Shown here piece by piece: positions 17,987 through 28,793 of a DNA stretch of 47,940 nucleotides. Where the stretch lies: contig CAZYLJ010000001.1 in NCBI GenBank assembly GCA_964648555.1, positions 1 through 47,940 on the forward strand, in the 5' to 3' direction. The first letter of the stretch is position 1. The number at the start of each line of letters is the position of its first letter. Source of the stretch: an uncultured Acutalibacter sp. (GTDB lineage: Bacteria > Bacillota > Clostridia > Oscillospirales > Acutalibacteraceae). The notes beneath the pieces were generated by a model. It made no database searches. It was not told the DNA's origin and saw nothing but the letters and a program-made list of their open reading frames with translations. Position numbers and translations under genes: made by a program.

Positions 17987-18855
17987 TGCTTCACATCCTT
18001 TATCTCTTGGTACATGGCAATGTAACTGTCAAAACGGCTTTGGGCGATCTTCCCCTCTTTCAGGGCCGAAAGCACAGCGCAGCCCTTCTCACAGGTGTGA
18101 GAGCAGGAGGTAAACATACATTCGCCCAGATAGGGGCGAAACTCCCGGAACGCCCAGGCCAGCTGTTCCTTGTCAGTCAGCTGATAGCGCTCCGCGTCAA
18201 AGGTGGAAAAGCCGGGAGTGTCTGCTACATAGCTGTCAGGGCCGAATTTGTAGAGCTCCACCTCTCGGGTGGTGTGGCGGCCCCTGCCCAGCTTTTGGCT
18301 GATCTCCCCCGTTTTTAATTGGAGCTCAGGGAACAGGGCATTTAACAGGGTGGACTTCCCCACGCCGGAATTTCCGGTAAAAGCGGAGACCTTTCCGGCA
18401 AGCAGGGCGCGCACCTCTTCCACGCCCTCGCCTGTAACGGAGGACGCCACCACGCAGGGAATGCCCGCCGTATCGTAGGCACTTTTTAACTCGGCGCAGC
18501 CCTTCAGATCTGTCTTTGTAAACACCACCACAGGCTCGATATCCCTCATCTCTGCGGCGGCAATGGTCTTATCGATGACCAACGCGTCCGGGAAAGGCTC
18601 GCGGACAGAGGAGACCACAAACAGGCGGTCCAGGTTGGCCACTGGGGGCCGCACCAGGAAATTCTTTCGGGGCAGTATCTCCTCGATGGCCCCAGTGCCG
18701 TCCTCACCAAGAGAGAAGCGCACTTTGTCTCCCGCGCTTGGAGAAACATGCTCTTTCCGAAAGCGGCCCCGGGCGGTGCAGGTATACAGGGCGTCGGCGG
18801 CCTCCACATAGTAAAAGCCGCCGATCCCCTTGCGGATCAAACCAGTCAGTTCCAT
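17959..18855 (-). CDS. rsgA: Ribosome small subunit-dependent GTPase A
   Basis: RPPVANLD, TKTD, GNSGVGKSTLLN, GRGRHTTR, DTPGF, CxFxxCxHxxExGC. Confidence 0.97.
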   Translation of the reverse strand: MELTGLIRKGIGGFYYVEAADALYTCTARGRFRKEHVSPSAGDKVRFSLGEDGTGAIEEILPRKNFLVRPPVANLDRLFVVSSVREPFPDALVIDKTIAAAEMRDIEPVVVFTKTDLKGCAELKSAYDTAGIPCVVASSVTGEGVEEVRALLAGKVSAFTGNSGVGKSTLLNALFPELQLKTGEISQKLGRGRHTTREVELYKFGPDSYVADTPGFSTFDAERYQLTDKEQLAWAFREFRPYLGECMFTSCSHTCEKGCAVLSALKEGKIAQSRFDSYIAMYQEIKDVKQWQLKDKNV

Positions 18856-18859
18856 AAAG

Positions 18860-20911
18860 CTATTCCGGGCTCACGTCACCAGTGCCGACGACGGCAGAGG
18901 AAGTCGGATCGTCGCCGCCTTCATTGGGTGAAACATAGGTCCCGGTCTCCGTCACAGTGACCTGCTGGGAATCATAGTTGAAGTCAAGCTGCATATACAT
19001 CTGGCCGTCCAGCTGCACAACGATACGCTCTGTGCCGGAGGTACCGCTAAAGGTCAGATTATACGTACCGGCGTAGGCCGGATTTACGGTATTGCTTTCC
19101 GTCTGGGTGCCGTTGCGGTACACCACCACCTGCACGTCGTGATCCACGCCGGAAGGCAGCGGCATGCTGTAATACAGCGTTTTGGGCGCGCCCTTGCCGG
19201 AGCTTACCACGATATCCACCGTGGCGCCCTCGGAAACCTCAGTGCCGGATTCCGGATTGGTGCTGATGACGATATCCTGCTCAAGGGTGCTGTTGTCGTC
19301 CCGAATGATCTCGCCCACCTGCAGGCCGGCGTCCTCCAACGCGGCGGTCACATTATAAAGCAGGTCGTTCTTCAGGTTGTCGGGCACCTTGACCTTCTTC
19401 TTGGCGGGGCCGCTGCTGACCTTCAGGGTGATGACGGTGCCCTCTTTCACCTCGGTGTCTTTTGCGGGGTCGGTGGACACCACCTTGCCCACTTCGATCT
19501 CGTCGTCCGCCACGCTTTCCGATTTAAACCCAAGATTCATTTCCTTCAACAGGGCGATGGCGTCCGCCTGGGAATAGTTCGTCACGTCGGGCACTGTCAC
19601 CGTTTTGATCTCCCCGTTTACCGTCAGCTCGATCTCCCGGCCCTTCTTTACCATCAGGCCGTCCTTGGGAGACTGCTGCATGACCTCGCCGGGCTGCTTC
19701 TCCGGGTCGTTGCCCTCCACAGTCTTAAAGGTGAAGTTCTCCGTATACTCCGGGTTGGAGATGATGTCCTGGTAGATCATGCCCACAAAGTTCGGCGTCT
19801 CCACCTGCTCGTCCTCGGACTGCTCCAACAGATTATCCCAGTTGTTCATCAGCCATACGGCACCCACGGCAATGCCGACGATAATCAGCGCCACCACAAT
19901 GCCCTTAATGACCATGGCGCCCTTTGCCTGCTTGCGGGAGCGCATGAGCTCTTCCTCATATTCGTATTCATCGTTGTAGTCCGGCGTGAACCGGGCGGGC
20001 TGCTGGTCGTAAGTAGGTTGCTGCCGCTGGTCGCTGTAAGAGGAAATGCCGGCCTGGGTGTCGTAGCGGAACACCATGTTGGGGTTTCGGCGGAACTGCT
20101 CCAGATCGTCCAGCATTTCTCCGGCGGACTGGAACCGGTCTATCGGATTCTTTTCCATGGCCCGCATGGTGATCTGCTCCAACCCTCTGGGGATGCCGGG
20201 ATTCAGCTCTCTGGGCATGACGGGCTTTGCCTGAAGCTGCATCAGAGCAACGGAAACGGCGTTGTCGGCCTCAAAGGGCAGCTTGCCGGTGAGCATCTCG
20301 TACAGCATGACGCCCACGGAGTAAATATCGGCCTTGTCGGTGATATAATCTCCCTTGGCCTGCTCCGGCGCGATATAGTGCACCGAGCCGATGGCCTTGT
20401 CGGTCATGGTGGTGGTCTCGCTTTGCAGGAACCGGGCAATGCCGAAATCGGCCACCTTGATGGTGCCATTTTGCAGCAGCATGATGTTTTGGGGCTTGAT
20501 GTCCCTGTGGATGATGCCCTTGCTGTGGGCGTGCTCCAGGGCCATAAGGATTTGGGAGGTGAAGTGCACCGCTTCGTTCCAGCGAATGACACCCTCCTGC
20601 TCGATATACTGCTTTAAGGTGATGCCATCAATGTACTCCATGACAATGTACTGGATCTGATCTCCAAAGCTGACATCGTAGACCTTGACGATATTGGGAT
20701 GGGACAGCATGGCGATAGCCTTGGACTCATTGCGGAAGCGCCGCAGGAAGTCGCTGTTGTTGGAGAACTCCTCCCGCAAAATTTTAATGGCGACCCAGCG
20801 GTCCTCCACTCTGTCGTAGGCGCGGTACACGCAGGCCATGCCTCCCGCGCCGATCAGGTCGTGAATTTCGTATCTGCCGTCCAGCCGCTTTCCGATGAAC
20901 TTATCTTCCAT
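18860..20911 (-). CDS. prkC: PASTA-domain Ser/Thr kinase PrkC/PknB
   Basis: GAGGMA, VAIK, HRDIKPQN, DFGIA, GSVHYIAPEQ, TM segment, three PASTA-like repeats. Confidence 0.97.
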   Translation of the reverse strand: MEDKFIGKRLDGRYEIHDLIGAGGMACVYRAYDRVEDRWVAIKILREEFSNNSDFLRRFRNESKAIAMLSHPNIVKVYDVSFGDQIQYIVMEYIDGITLKQYIEQEGVIRWNEAVHFTSQILMALEHAHSKGIIHRDIKPQNIMLLQNGTIKVADFGIARFLQSETTTMTDKAIGSVHYIAPEQAKGDYITDKADIYSVGVMLYEMLTGKLPFEADNAVSVALMQLQAKPVMPRELNPGIPRGLEQITMRAMEKNPIDRFQSAGEMLDDLEQFRRNPNMVFRYDTQAGISSYSDQRQQPTYDQQPARFTPDYNDEYEYEEELMRSRKQAKGAMVIKGIVVALIIVGIAVGAVWLMNNWDNLLEQSEDEQVETPNFVGMIYQDIISNPEYTENFTFKTVEGNDPEKQPGEVMQQSPKDGLMVKKGREIELTVNGEIKTVTVPDVTNYSQADAIALLKEMNLGFKSESVADDEIEVGKVVSTDPAKDTEVKEGTVITLKVSSGPAKKKVKVPDNLKNDLLYNVTAALEDAGLQVGEIIRDDNSTLEQDIVISTNPESGTEVSEGATVDIVVSSGKGAPKTLYYSMPLPSGVDHDVQVVVYRNGTQTESNTVNPAYAGTYNLTFSGTSGTERIVVQLDGQMYMQLDFNYDSQQVTVTETGTYVSPNEGGDDPTSSAVVGTGDVSPE

Positions 20912-20944
20912 AAGGATTACCAACCTTTCTTTTCATTTTGGAGC

Positions 20945-21682
20945 TTAGCCGTTGTTGATAACGGCCACCGTGATGTTATCTGAACCGCCGCTTTTTACGG
21001 CGAATTTTATCAGCTCGTCTGAAAGCGCCTTACCGTCTTGCCCGTATTTTTCGATGTACTTGGAAAGCTGCGCCTCGTCCACGTAAATTGACAGGCCGTC
21101 GGAGCAGGCCAGGGCCAGGTCGCCGGGAATAAAATCGAACACGGAATAATCACAGCTGACCTCCTCGTGAACGCCCAGCACCCGGGTGATGATATTCCTC
21201 TGAGGATGGAACCTGGCCTCTTCCTTGGTGATCTGCCCAAGGTTTACCAAGTCCTGCACATAGGAGTGGTCCACGGTAATCTGCCGCAGGCCGTCCTTAT
21301 CCCTGAGATATGCCCGGCTGTCACCCACATGAGCCACATGCAGAAGCCCCTTTGCGGCGATGAGCAGCACGCCTGTGGTGCCCATGCCCCGCAGGTTGCT
21401 TTGCTTCATAGACATGGAATAGACCGCGTCGTTGGCTTTCGCGAGGGCGTTGAGCATCAAAGCCTTGATGTTTTCCCGGCTCATGTTCTCGTCAAATCCG
21501 GTGGTCAGGAGCTCCTTCATCTTTTCCAGCGCCACAGAGCTTGCCACATTGCCGCCGTTGGCGCCGCCCATGCCGTCGCAGACGATGGCCCAGGCGCTGT
21601 CCGGGGAAAAGAGACCGCATTCGCAGGAGTCCTGGTTTGACTGCCTGACAGCCCCGATGTCCGTGCGGAAATCAACTCTCAT
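20945..21682 (-). CDS. prpC: PP2C-type Ser/Thr phosphatase PrpC/Stp1
   Basis: VRQSNQD, CDGMGG, GMGTT, HVGDSRAY, CSDGL, DNIT. Confidence 0.95.
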   Translation of the reverse strand: MRVDFRTDIGAVRQSNQDSCECGLFSPDSAWAIVCDGMGGANGGNVASSVALEKMKELLTTGFDENMSRENIKALMLNALAKANDAVYSMSMKQSNLRGMGTTGVLLIAAKGLLHVAHVGDSRAYLRDKDGLRQITVDHSYVQDLVNLGQITKEEARFHPQRNIITRVLGVHEEVSCDYSVFDFIPGDLALACSDGLSIYVDEAQLSKYIEKYGQDGKALSDELIKFAVKSGGSDNITVAVINNG

Positions 21683-22715
21683 GTCCAATCCCTCCTTCTA
21701 CTTTTCGTTTCAGCTGCCCGCAGGAAGCTTCAATATCTGAGCCCAGGGTCCTGCGCACCGTGGCGGTAACGCCCTGGGACTCCAGGATGGAAACAAAACG
21801 CTTTTGGCGGCCCGGATCGCTTTTCCGATATCCGGCGCCCGTCACGTCGTTTACCGGGATCAGATTCACGTGGGAGAGCATCCCTTTAAGCCGGGCGGCA
21901 AGCTCTCTGGCGCAATCGTCCGTGTCGTTCACGTCCTGTATCATGGCATACTCAAAGGAAATACGTCGGCCCGTTGCCGCTGCGTAATATCGGCAGGCCT
22001 TTAAGAGCTCTTCTACGTTCCACTTTTTGTTTACCGGCATGGTACGGCTTCTGATCTCATCATTGGGTGCGTGGAGCGACACCGAGAGGGTAAGCTGCAA
22101 TTTCCTGTCCGCCAGGTCGTAAATTTTATCGACAATGCCGCAGGTGGAAAGGGAAATGTGCCTCATGCCGACGTTCATCCCCTCCGGGGAGGAGACAAGC
22201 TCTAAAAAGCGGAGGACATTTTCGTAATTGTCCAGGGGCTCGCCCATGCCCATCAGCACGATGTGAGAGATCCTTTCCCCCTCGTCCAGAGAAGCCGCCT
22301 GCACCTGGGAAAGTATCTCAGATGGGGCAAGGTTTCGGGAGAAGCCGCTTTTCCCGGTGGCACAAAAGGTACATCCCATTTTACACCCAACTTGGGTAGA
22401 AATGCAAATAGAAGTTCCGTAATGGTACCGCATGAGGACGGATTCTATATGCTCGCCGTCGTTTAAGCGGAACAGATACTTTACGGTGCCATCCTTCGAG
22501 ACCCGCTTCAGCTCTGTTTCCGCCCAGGCAATCTCACAGGCTTCATCAAGCTGTTCCCGCAATTCTTTCGGCAGGTCGGTCATCTGGGAAAACTGACTGA
22601 CGCCCCGATGGAGCCAGCGGTAGACCTGCTCCGCCCGGTATTTGGGAAGCCCGGCGTTTAAAAAGGCCGCCCGCAGCTCCGTTAATGTCATGGATTTGAT
22701 ATCTGCTTTTCTCAC
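21672..22715 (-). CDS. rlmN: 23S rRNA/tRNA m2A methyltransferase RlmN
   Basis: CISTQVGCKMGCTFC, MGMGEP, SLH, ASCGQL. Confidence 0.96.
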   Translation of the reverse strand: MRKADIKSMTLTELRAAFLNAGLPKYRAEQVYRWLHRGVSQFSQMTDLPKELREQLDEACEIAWAETELKRVSKDGTVKYLFRLNDGEHIESVLMRYHYGTSICISTQVGCKMGCTFCATGKSGFSRNLAPSEILSQVQAASLDEGERISHIVLMGMGEPLDNYENVLRFLELVSSPEGMNVGMRHISLSTCGIVDKIYDLADRKLQLTLSVSLHAPNDEIRSRTMPVNKKWNVEELLKACRYYAAATGRRISFEYAMIQDVNDTDDCARELAARLKGMLSHVNLIPVNDVTGAGYRKSDPGRQKRFVSILESQGVTATVRRTLGSDIEASCGQLKRKVEGGIGHES

Positions 22716-22730
22716 AGGTGTTTCTCCGCT

Positions 22731-24065
22731 TCAGCTTTTCCGTTGGAACATAGCCGCGAAAAAGCCGTCTGAGCCCCCGGCAAAGGGCATGATGGTCAAA
22801 TGGTGCTCCGGCTCCTCCACACAGCGGGAGAAGCCCGCCGGCACATCTATTTTTCTCGGCGTAAAACCGTTGGTTTCTCTTAAAAAGCGTTCCGCCACCT
22901 CGCCGTTTTCCGCCGGGTTCAGCGTACAGGTGGAATAAAGCAGCGCGCCGCCGGGCTTGACAAGTGAAGAAGCGCTTCGCAGTATCTCATATTGCAGTGC
23001 GGGCAGCTCCCGCAGCTCCTGCAAATTTTTGCCGCGTATCTCAGGCTTTCTGCGTATCACGCCGAAGCCGGAGCAGGGCACGTCGCACAGAACCTTATCG
23101 GCCATTGGCAGCCCCTTAAGAGGTTTTGTCATGTCAAGCGCTTTGGTTGAGATATTTACAATGCCCAGCCGATTGGCCCCCTCCGCGATGAGGCGAACAC
23201 GGGCGGGGTAAAGGTCAAGGGCCAGCACCCTTCCCCTGTTCCCCATGCGCTCTGAAAGGGTAAAAGTCTTGCCGCCGGGTGCGGCGCAGCAGTCGATGAC
23301 GGTCTCTCCCGGCCGGGGGTCGAGCACCTCGCAAACGGCCTGGGCGGAAAGATCCTGCACATGGTAGAGACCGTCTGCAAATTCCAGCAGGGCGGCAGGA
23401 TCGCCGCAGTTTTTTAAAATGGCGCATCCCTTTGGGGCGGCCAGCTCTTCCAGTTCAATGCCCCGCTGTGAAAGGGCATCGTTCAATTCCGCCATTCCCG
23501 TTCTCAGGGTGTTTACACGGATGTAAAGCTCCGGCTTTTCCTGAAAGGCTTTCAGCAGCTTTACAGTCGTTTCCGGCCCGTAAGCCTTTTGCCAAAGAGA
23601 AATGAGACCCTCCGGCACAGAATACCGCACGCTCAGCTCATGCAAGCCGTTTCCCTCCGGCAGGGAAAGGCTTTCCTTCTGCCGGATCAGGTTTCGCAGC
23701 ACCCCGTTGACCAGCCCCGCGAGGGCCGCCTTCCTCCCCGCCTTGACGGCGTTCACCGTCTCATTCACGGCGGCAGAGTCCGGCACCCGGTCAAGGTACA
23801 GTATCTGATACGCACCGCACCGCAGCGCCATTTTAGCGGTCTTGTCCATTTTTTTGCCCGGCTCACGCAGGCACCTGTCAAGATAATAGTCCAGCGTCAG
23901 GCGCTTTTCCAGCACACCGTAAAAGATGGCGGAACACAGGGCGGCGTCACGCCGGTCGAGGTTCGCCTCTTTCAGCGCTTTGTCAATGACAAGATTAGAA
24001 TAGCCGTCGTTTTGCTCCATTTGAAGCAGGGCGTCAAGCGCCACGGTTCTGGCAGTTTCTTTCAT
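22731..24065 (-). CDS. rsmB: 16S rRNA m5C967 methyltransferase RsmB
   Basis: NusB-like N-domain, VQD, DCCAAPGGKT, DVPCSG, YSTCT, DGFF. Confidence 0.96.
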   Translation of the reverse strand: MKETARTVALDALLQMEQNDGYSNLVIDKALKEANLDRRDAALCSAIFYGVLEKRLTLDYYLDRCLREPGKKMDKTAKMALRCGAYQILYLDRVPDSAAVNETVNAVKAGRKAALAGLVNGVLRNLIRQKESLSLPEGNGLHELSVRYSVPEGLISLWQKAYGPETTVKLLKAFQEKPELYIRVNTLRTGMAELNDALSQRGIELEELAAPKGCAILKNCGDPAALLEFADGLYHVQDLSAQAVCEVLDPRPGETVIDCCAAPGGKTFTLSERMGNRGRVLALDLYPARVRLIAEGANRLGIVNISTKALDMTKPLKGLPMADKVLCDVPCSGFGVIRRKPEIRGKNLQELRELPALQYEILRSASSLVKPGGALLYSTCTLNPAENGEVAERFLRETNGFTPRKIDVPAGFSRCVEEPEHHLTIMPFAGGSDGFFAAMFQRKS

Positions 24066-24084
24066 ACATTTCCCTTTGCGTCGT

Positions 24085-25005
24085 TTATTCCATCCGGGCC
24101 CCCGGCTTTACCGGGTGGCCCAAAAGGTACTCTTTGCCGCCCATGCGTTTCCCGTTCTCCCCTTGCAGCTCGGTAATGAGCAGCGCGCCTTCCCCGCAGT
24201 AGACGGTCATCCCGTCCTCCGTCGATTCCACGGTGCCGGGCTCCCCACGCCCCTCTTTCACCCGGGCGGACAGCAGCTTTAAGCGCCTGCCCTCTAAGAA
24301 AGCGATCGCGCAGGGCCAGGGGTTCAGGCCCCGGATCAGATCGTGCAGTTCCCGGGCCGGGCGGGCCCATTCGATTTGTGACAGTTCTTTTGTAAGCATA
24401 GGGGCTTTGGTTGCCTCCTGCTCATTCTGGGGCGTGGGGGTCAAGGTTCCCTGCTCCAGCTGGGATAAGGTCTCGCCCAAAAGCTCGGCGCCCAGGTCTT
24501 TCAATCGGTCGAAAAGCTCCCCGGCGGTCTCCTCCGGCCCGATCTCCGTTTCGGCCTTTAGCAGCATATCCCCGGTGTCCATGCCCTCGGCCATGACCAT
24601 TGTGGTGACGCCAGTGATTTTCTCCCCGTTGATGACCGCCCACTGGATGGGCGCCGCCCCCCGGTACTTTGGCAGAAGGGAGCCGTGCACATTGATGCAG
24701 CCCCAGGGCGGGATATCCAGCACAGCCTTCGGAAGCAATTTGCCGTAGGCCGCCACGATAATGGCCTCCGGCGACAGGGAACGGATCATTTCCCGCACCG
24801 CTTCATCCCTCAGTGTGGAAGGCTGATAAACGGGTATGCCATACCTCTCGGCCAGCTCCTTGACCGGCGGCGGCTGTAACTTATGCCCCCGGCCCCTGGG
24901 CTTATCCGGCTGGGTAAACACGGCGCAGACCTCATCGCCTCGATCCAGCAGCCTTTGCAGGGAAGGCACGGCAAAGTCCGGCGTACCCATAAATACAAGG
25001 CGCAT
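24085..25005 (-). CDS. fmt: Methionyl-tRNA formyltransferase
   Basis: FMGTPDFA, TQPDKP, INVHGSLLPKYRGAAPIQW, GMDTGD. Confidence 0.98.
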   Translation of the reverse strand: MRLVFMGTPDFAVPSLQRLLDRGDEVCAVFTQPDKPRGRGHKLQPPPVKELAERYGIPVYQPSTLRDEAVREMIRSLSPEAIIVAAYGKLLPKAVLDIPPWGCINVHGSLLPKYRGAAPIQWAVINGEKITGVTTMVMAEGMDTGDMLLKAETEIGPEETAGELFDRLKDLGAELLGETLSQLEQGTLTPTPQNEQEATKAPMLTKELSQIEWARPARELHDLIRGLNPWPCAIAFLEGRRLKLLSARVKEGRGEPGTVESTEDGMTVYCGEGALLITELQGENGKRMGGKEYLLGHPVKPGARME

Positions 25006-25010
25006 AGGCG

Positions 25011-25511
25011 TCAGTCCTCCTTGCTGTCATTGTTTTTGGCGGCCTCCGCCTCCAGCTCCTCGGTGGTCATCATGCGGGTAGCGTGAGAGGTGAACAGCAC
25101 CCCGTGCAGGTGGTCGATCTCGTGGCAGAAGGCCCGGGCGCACAGGCCCTCCCCCATCACCTTAAAGTGCTTGCCGTTCCTGTCCTGGGCCTTGACCGTG
25201 ACCTTCATGGGCCGGGTGACGACACCCCATTTGTCCGGGTAGGAGAGGCAGCCCTCTGTGCCGGTCTGTTCCCCCTCCGTTTTGATGATCTTCGGGTTTA
25301 CAAGCTCGATCGGGCCCTCGCCCACATCTACCACGCACACCTGGCGCAGAACACCCACCTGGGGCGCGGCAAGACCTGCTCCGTTGGCGTCGGCCAAGGT
25401 CTCCTTCATATCGTCCAAAAGCTGAGAAAGCCGCTCGTCAAAGCTTTCTACGGGCCGGCACTCCTTTTCCAGCACCTTGTCTCCAAATTTCACAATGTTC
25501 CGAATCGCCAT
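25011..25511 (-). CDS. def: Peptide deformylase
   Basis: GAGLAAPQVG, EGCLS, HEIDHLHG. Confidence 0.98.
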   Translation of the reverse strand: MAIRNIVKFGDKVLEKECRPVESFDERLSQLLDDMKETLADANGAGLAAPQVGVLRQVCVVDVGEGPIELVNPKIIKTEGEQTGTEGCLSYPDKWGVVTRPMKVTVKAQDRNGKHFKVMGEGLCARAFCHEIDHLHGVLFTSHATRMMTTEELEAEAAKNNDSKED

Positions 25512-25539
25512 GTTGTATCTCCTTTTTCTTCGATTCCCC

Positions 25540-27987
25540 CTACAGGATGCGATAGGGGTTTGCGTCCGCGTAGGCTGTCACCTGCTGAAACTCCCGCAGT
25601 GTGGAAAACTCGGTCAGCAGCCGGGCGGCCATCTGGCGGAAACGGGCGGTGTTCCTGCACTTGACGATGAGTTTGTAGCGGTATTTGCCTCCCATACGGG
25701 CCACCGCCGCCGGAGAGGGCCGCAGTACCCGCAGGGGCAGGTCGCCGTACTCTTTTTGGGCAAGCTCCCCCAGCATCCGCAGGAAGGTCTCGGCGGCCCC
25801 ACGCACCAGGGATTCCCTCACGCCCACAAAGCCGATGATGAGCAGGTCCACAAAGGGCGGGTAAAGCATCGCCTGCCGGAAGCCCATCTCCTGCTCGTAA
25901 AAGCCGAAGTAGTCCTGCCGGGCGGCCAGGTGTAAGACCGGGTTTTCCGGCGAGTAGGTCTGGATAATGGCGGTACCGGGATATTTCCCTCTCCCGGCCC
26001 GGCCCACCACCTGGGTCAACAGATCAAACGTCCGCTCGCTGCTGCGAAAGTCATCGCTGTATAGGGATTGATCGGCCGAGAGCACGCCGACCAGGGTCAC
26101 ATTTTCAAAGTCGAGGCCCTTTGCCACCATCTGGGTGCCCACCATCACATCGTACTCTCCCCGCGCGAACTGCTCCAGCTTCTTTTCCAGGGAAAACCGC
26201 GCCGCCACGGAGTCGGTATCCACCCGCAGGACACGGGCCTCCGGCAAAAGATTCTGCAGCTGCTCCTCCGCCCGCTGAGTGCCCAGACCACGGAAGGAGA
26301 CCTTGTCGCTGCCGCAGGAGGGGCATTTCGTGGTAAAAGGGGCGGAATAGCCGCAGTAGTGACACATCAGCCGATGATTGGCGCTGTGATAGGTCAGGGA
26401 AATGCTGCAGTTGGGGCAGGCGATCACCTCGTGGCAGTCGCCGCAGGATGCAAAGGTGTGGTAGCCCCGGCGATTCAAAAGGATGATGGACTGGCGGTGT
26501 GCCTGAAAATTTTCCACCAACGCCCGGGCGAGAGTATCACCGATGGCGCGATCTTCGCCGGGTGCGGAATCCCCGTTCATGTCGATGAGCCGTACCTCCG
26601 GCATTTTTGCCTCGCCAAAGCGGCTTTCCAGCGTATGAAAGCCGTAGCGGCCCTCTTTTGCCAAGCGGAAGGACTCCACAGAGGGCGTGGCCGAGGAAAG
26701 CAGGCAGAAGGCGTTTTCCTTCCAGCAGCGCCATCTTGCCACCTCCCTGGCGTCGTACCGGGGGCTGGACTCCGATTTGTAGGTGTGCTCCTGCTCCTCA
26801 TCTATCACGATGAGGCCCAGATCCCGCACCGGCGCGAATACGGCGGAACGGGTACCGACCACGATCCTGGCCTCTCCCCGCTTGACACGCTTCCACTCGT
26901 CCATCCGCTCTCCCAGAGAAAGGCCGCTGTGAATGACGGCGATGCTGTCGCCGAAGGCCTGGCGGAACTGGCCAATGGTCTGGGCGGTAAGGGAAATTTC
27001 CGGCACCATGACGATGACGCCCCTATCCTCTTTCAGAACAGCCTCGATGAGTTTCAGATAAACGGAGGTCTTGCCGCTGCCGGTAACGCCGTAAAGCAGG
27101 GAGCACCGGGGGGCGGAAGCATCGCAGTATTCGGAAAGCAGACTGTCAAAGACCTTTTGCTGGTCGGGGGAAAGTGCCAGAGGACGCGGATCCTCTTCGC
27201 CGCCGAAATATTCCGGCCTGCGGTAGATCTCGTACTCAAATATTTCCGCCGCGCCCTTCTTTTCCAGGGCCTTTACCACGGCGGATGTAACGCCGGTAAA
27301 ATAGCAAAGTTCTTTTTCTGAGGCCTCCCCCACGTCGGTGAGGACGCGATAGACCTCCTGCTGGCGCGGGGTGAGCTTTCCGTCGAAATCGGCAACAGGG
27401 CGCACCATCCTTGATACGGCGTCCTTGATCCTGCTTGCGGCGATATTCACCTTGCAGACGATGCCCCGCTCCAAAAGCTGCTTGAGATCCGGAGACTCCG
27501 GCGAAACGCCCAGCTTGTCGGCGATGGCCTGTTGAGAAACAGACTTGCCGGCCTCCCGCAAATAAAGGATGATCTGCCACTGGACGGGCGTATACTCCTC
27601 CCGGTCAAAATCCTTGAAATCAGGGCTCAACAGAAAGCTGTCCCGCAGGCGGAAGTGAAGCCCGGTGGGGATCATCAGCTTGACGGCCTCAAACAGGGTG
27701 CAGTAATAGCGCTCTTTCATCCACAGGGCCAGCTCCAGCATTTGAGGGGAAAGGACAGGCTCCCGGTCGATAACGGAGCGGATGGCCTTGACGCCGGAGG
27801 CGGACTGGCCACCCAAGGAAAAGATGACGCCCACCCTCTCCCGGTTCCCCGCGCCAAAGGGCACGGTAACGCGGACGCCGGGCACGGCCTTGTCCTTCAG
27901 CTCCTCCGGCACGGCGTAGGTGAACAGCTTATCAAAATGATAAACGGTGTTCTCCACCGCCGCCTGGACGAGAAGCGGTTCACTCAT
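25540..27987 (-). CDS. priA: Primosomal protein N' (PriA helicase)
   Basis: GVTGSGKT, VPEISLT, DEEQE, SATPS, four CxxC motifs, GTQMVAKGLDF, QVVGRAGR. Confidence 0.97.
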   Translation of the reverse strand: MSEPLLVQAAVENTVYHFDKLFTYAVPEELKDKAVPGVRVTVPFGAGNRERVGVIFSLGGQSASGVKAIRSVIDREPVLSPQMLELALWMKERYYCTLFEAVKLMIPTGLHFRLRDSFLLSPDFKDFDREEYTPVQWQIILYLREAGKSVSQQAIADKLGVSPESPDLKQLLERGIVCKVNIAASRIKDAVSRMVRPVADFDGKLTPRQQEVYRVLTDVGEASEKELCYFTGVTSAVVKALEKKGAAEIFEYEIYRRPEYFGGEEDPRPLALSPDQQKVFDSLLSEYCDASAPRCSLLYGVTGSGKTSVYLKLIEAVLKEDRGVIVMVPEISLTAQTIGQFRQAFGDSIAVIHSGLSLGERMDEWKRVKRGEARIVVGTRSAVFAPVRDLGLIVIDEEQEHTYKSESSPRYDAREVARWRCWKENAFCLLSSATPSVESFRLAKEGRYGFHTLESRFGEAKMPEVRLIDMNGDSAPGEDRAIGDTLARALVENFQAHRQSIILLNRRGYHTFASCGDCHEVIACPNCSISLTYHSANHRLMCHYCGYSAPFTTKCPSCGSDKVSFRGLGTQRAEEQLQNLLPEARVLRVDTDSVAARFSLEKKLEQFARGEYDVMVGTQMVAKGLDFENVTLVGVLSADQSLYSDDFRSSERTFDLLTQVVGRAGRGKYPGTAIIQTYSPENPVLHLAARQDYFGFYEQEMGFRQAMLYPPFVDLLIIGFVGVRESLVRGAAETFLRMLGELAQKEYGDLPLRVLRPSPAAVARMGGKYRYKLIVKCRNTARFRQMAARLLTEFSTLREFQQVTAYADANPYRIL

Positions 27988-28192
27988 CTTCCTCGAAGGA
28001 TTCCGGCTCAATGATCTTGTATTTGTCGTTGACAAAATCGCGGACGGCCAGGTCTACCGGTTTTTCGGTAAGGACCTCCCCATTTTCCTGGGCCTCATCG
28101 GTGATCTCGCGGGCACGCTTTGCCACGGCAATCACCAGAGAGTAGGCGCTTTGATGAGGCGTGCGAATTTTGTTAGCGGACGGTTTCAGCAT
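27980..28192 (-). CDS. rpoZ: RNA polymerase omega subunit
   Basis: YSLVIAVAKRAREI, KPVDLA; follows gmk. Confidence 0.93.
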   Translation of the reverse strand: MLKPSANKIRTPHQSAYSLVIAVAKRAREITDEAQENGEVLTEKPVDLAVRDFVNDKYKIIEPESFEEDE

Positions 28193-28793
28193 CGTGCAAC
28201 ACCCTTTCTGTAAAATCTGTATTTCTGCTGTATTTTAATTTCTCCGCCCGCAGGATGGCCCGGATATCCTCCACGGCGTCCTCCAGACGGTCGTTGCAGA
28301 CAACGTAATCGTACTCTTTCGCGTGCGGTATTTCCTCTCTGGCCTTCTTCAGGCGCTTCTGCAAGATGGCCTCGTCCTCAGTTCCCCGGCCGTGCAGACG
28401 CTCGGAAAGCACCGCCATGGAGGGCGGAGAAACAAAGATCGACACGCACTCCGGCATGAGCTTTTTCACCTGAGCGCCGCCCTGCACCTCGATCTCCAAA
28501 ATCACATCCAGGCCCTGGGCGGTCCATTCCTCCACCGGGGCTTTGGGCGTACCGTAATAATTGCCCACATATTCGGCGTGCTCCAGCATCCTTCCTTCTG
28601 AGATCAGCCGTTCAAACTCCTCCCGGGTGATAAAGTAATACTGCTTCCCGTTTTCCTCGCCGGACCTGGGGGCCCTGGTTGTGGCGGAAACAGAAAGCCG
28701 CAGGTTGTCGTCCCGCTGGAAAAGCTCTTTTAAAATGGTGCCCTTTCCTCCGCCGGAGGGCGCAGAGAGCACCACGAGCAGGCCCTTACTCAT
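28173..28793 (-). CDS. gmk: Guanylate kinase
   Basis: [33 protein letters not shown]; start MSKGLL at 28793. Confidence 0.97.
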   Translation of the reverse strand: MSKGLLVVLSAPSGGGKGTILKELFQRDDNLRLSVSATTRAPRSGEENGKQYYFITREEFERLISEGRMLEHAEYVGNYYGTPKAPVEEWTAQGLDVILEIEVQGGAQVKKLMPECVSIFVSPPSMAVLSERLHGRGTEDEAILQKRLKKAREEIPHAKEYDYVVCNDRLEDAVEDIRAILRAEKLKYSRNTDFTERVLHDAETVR

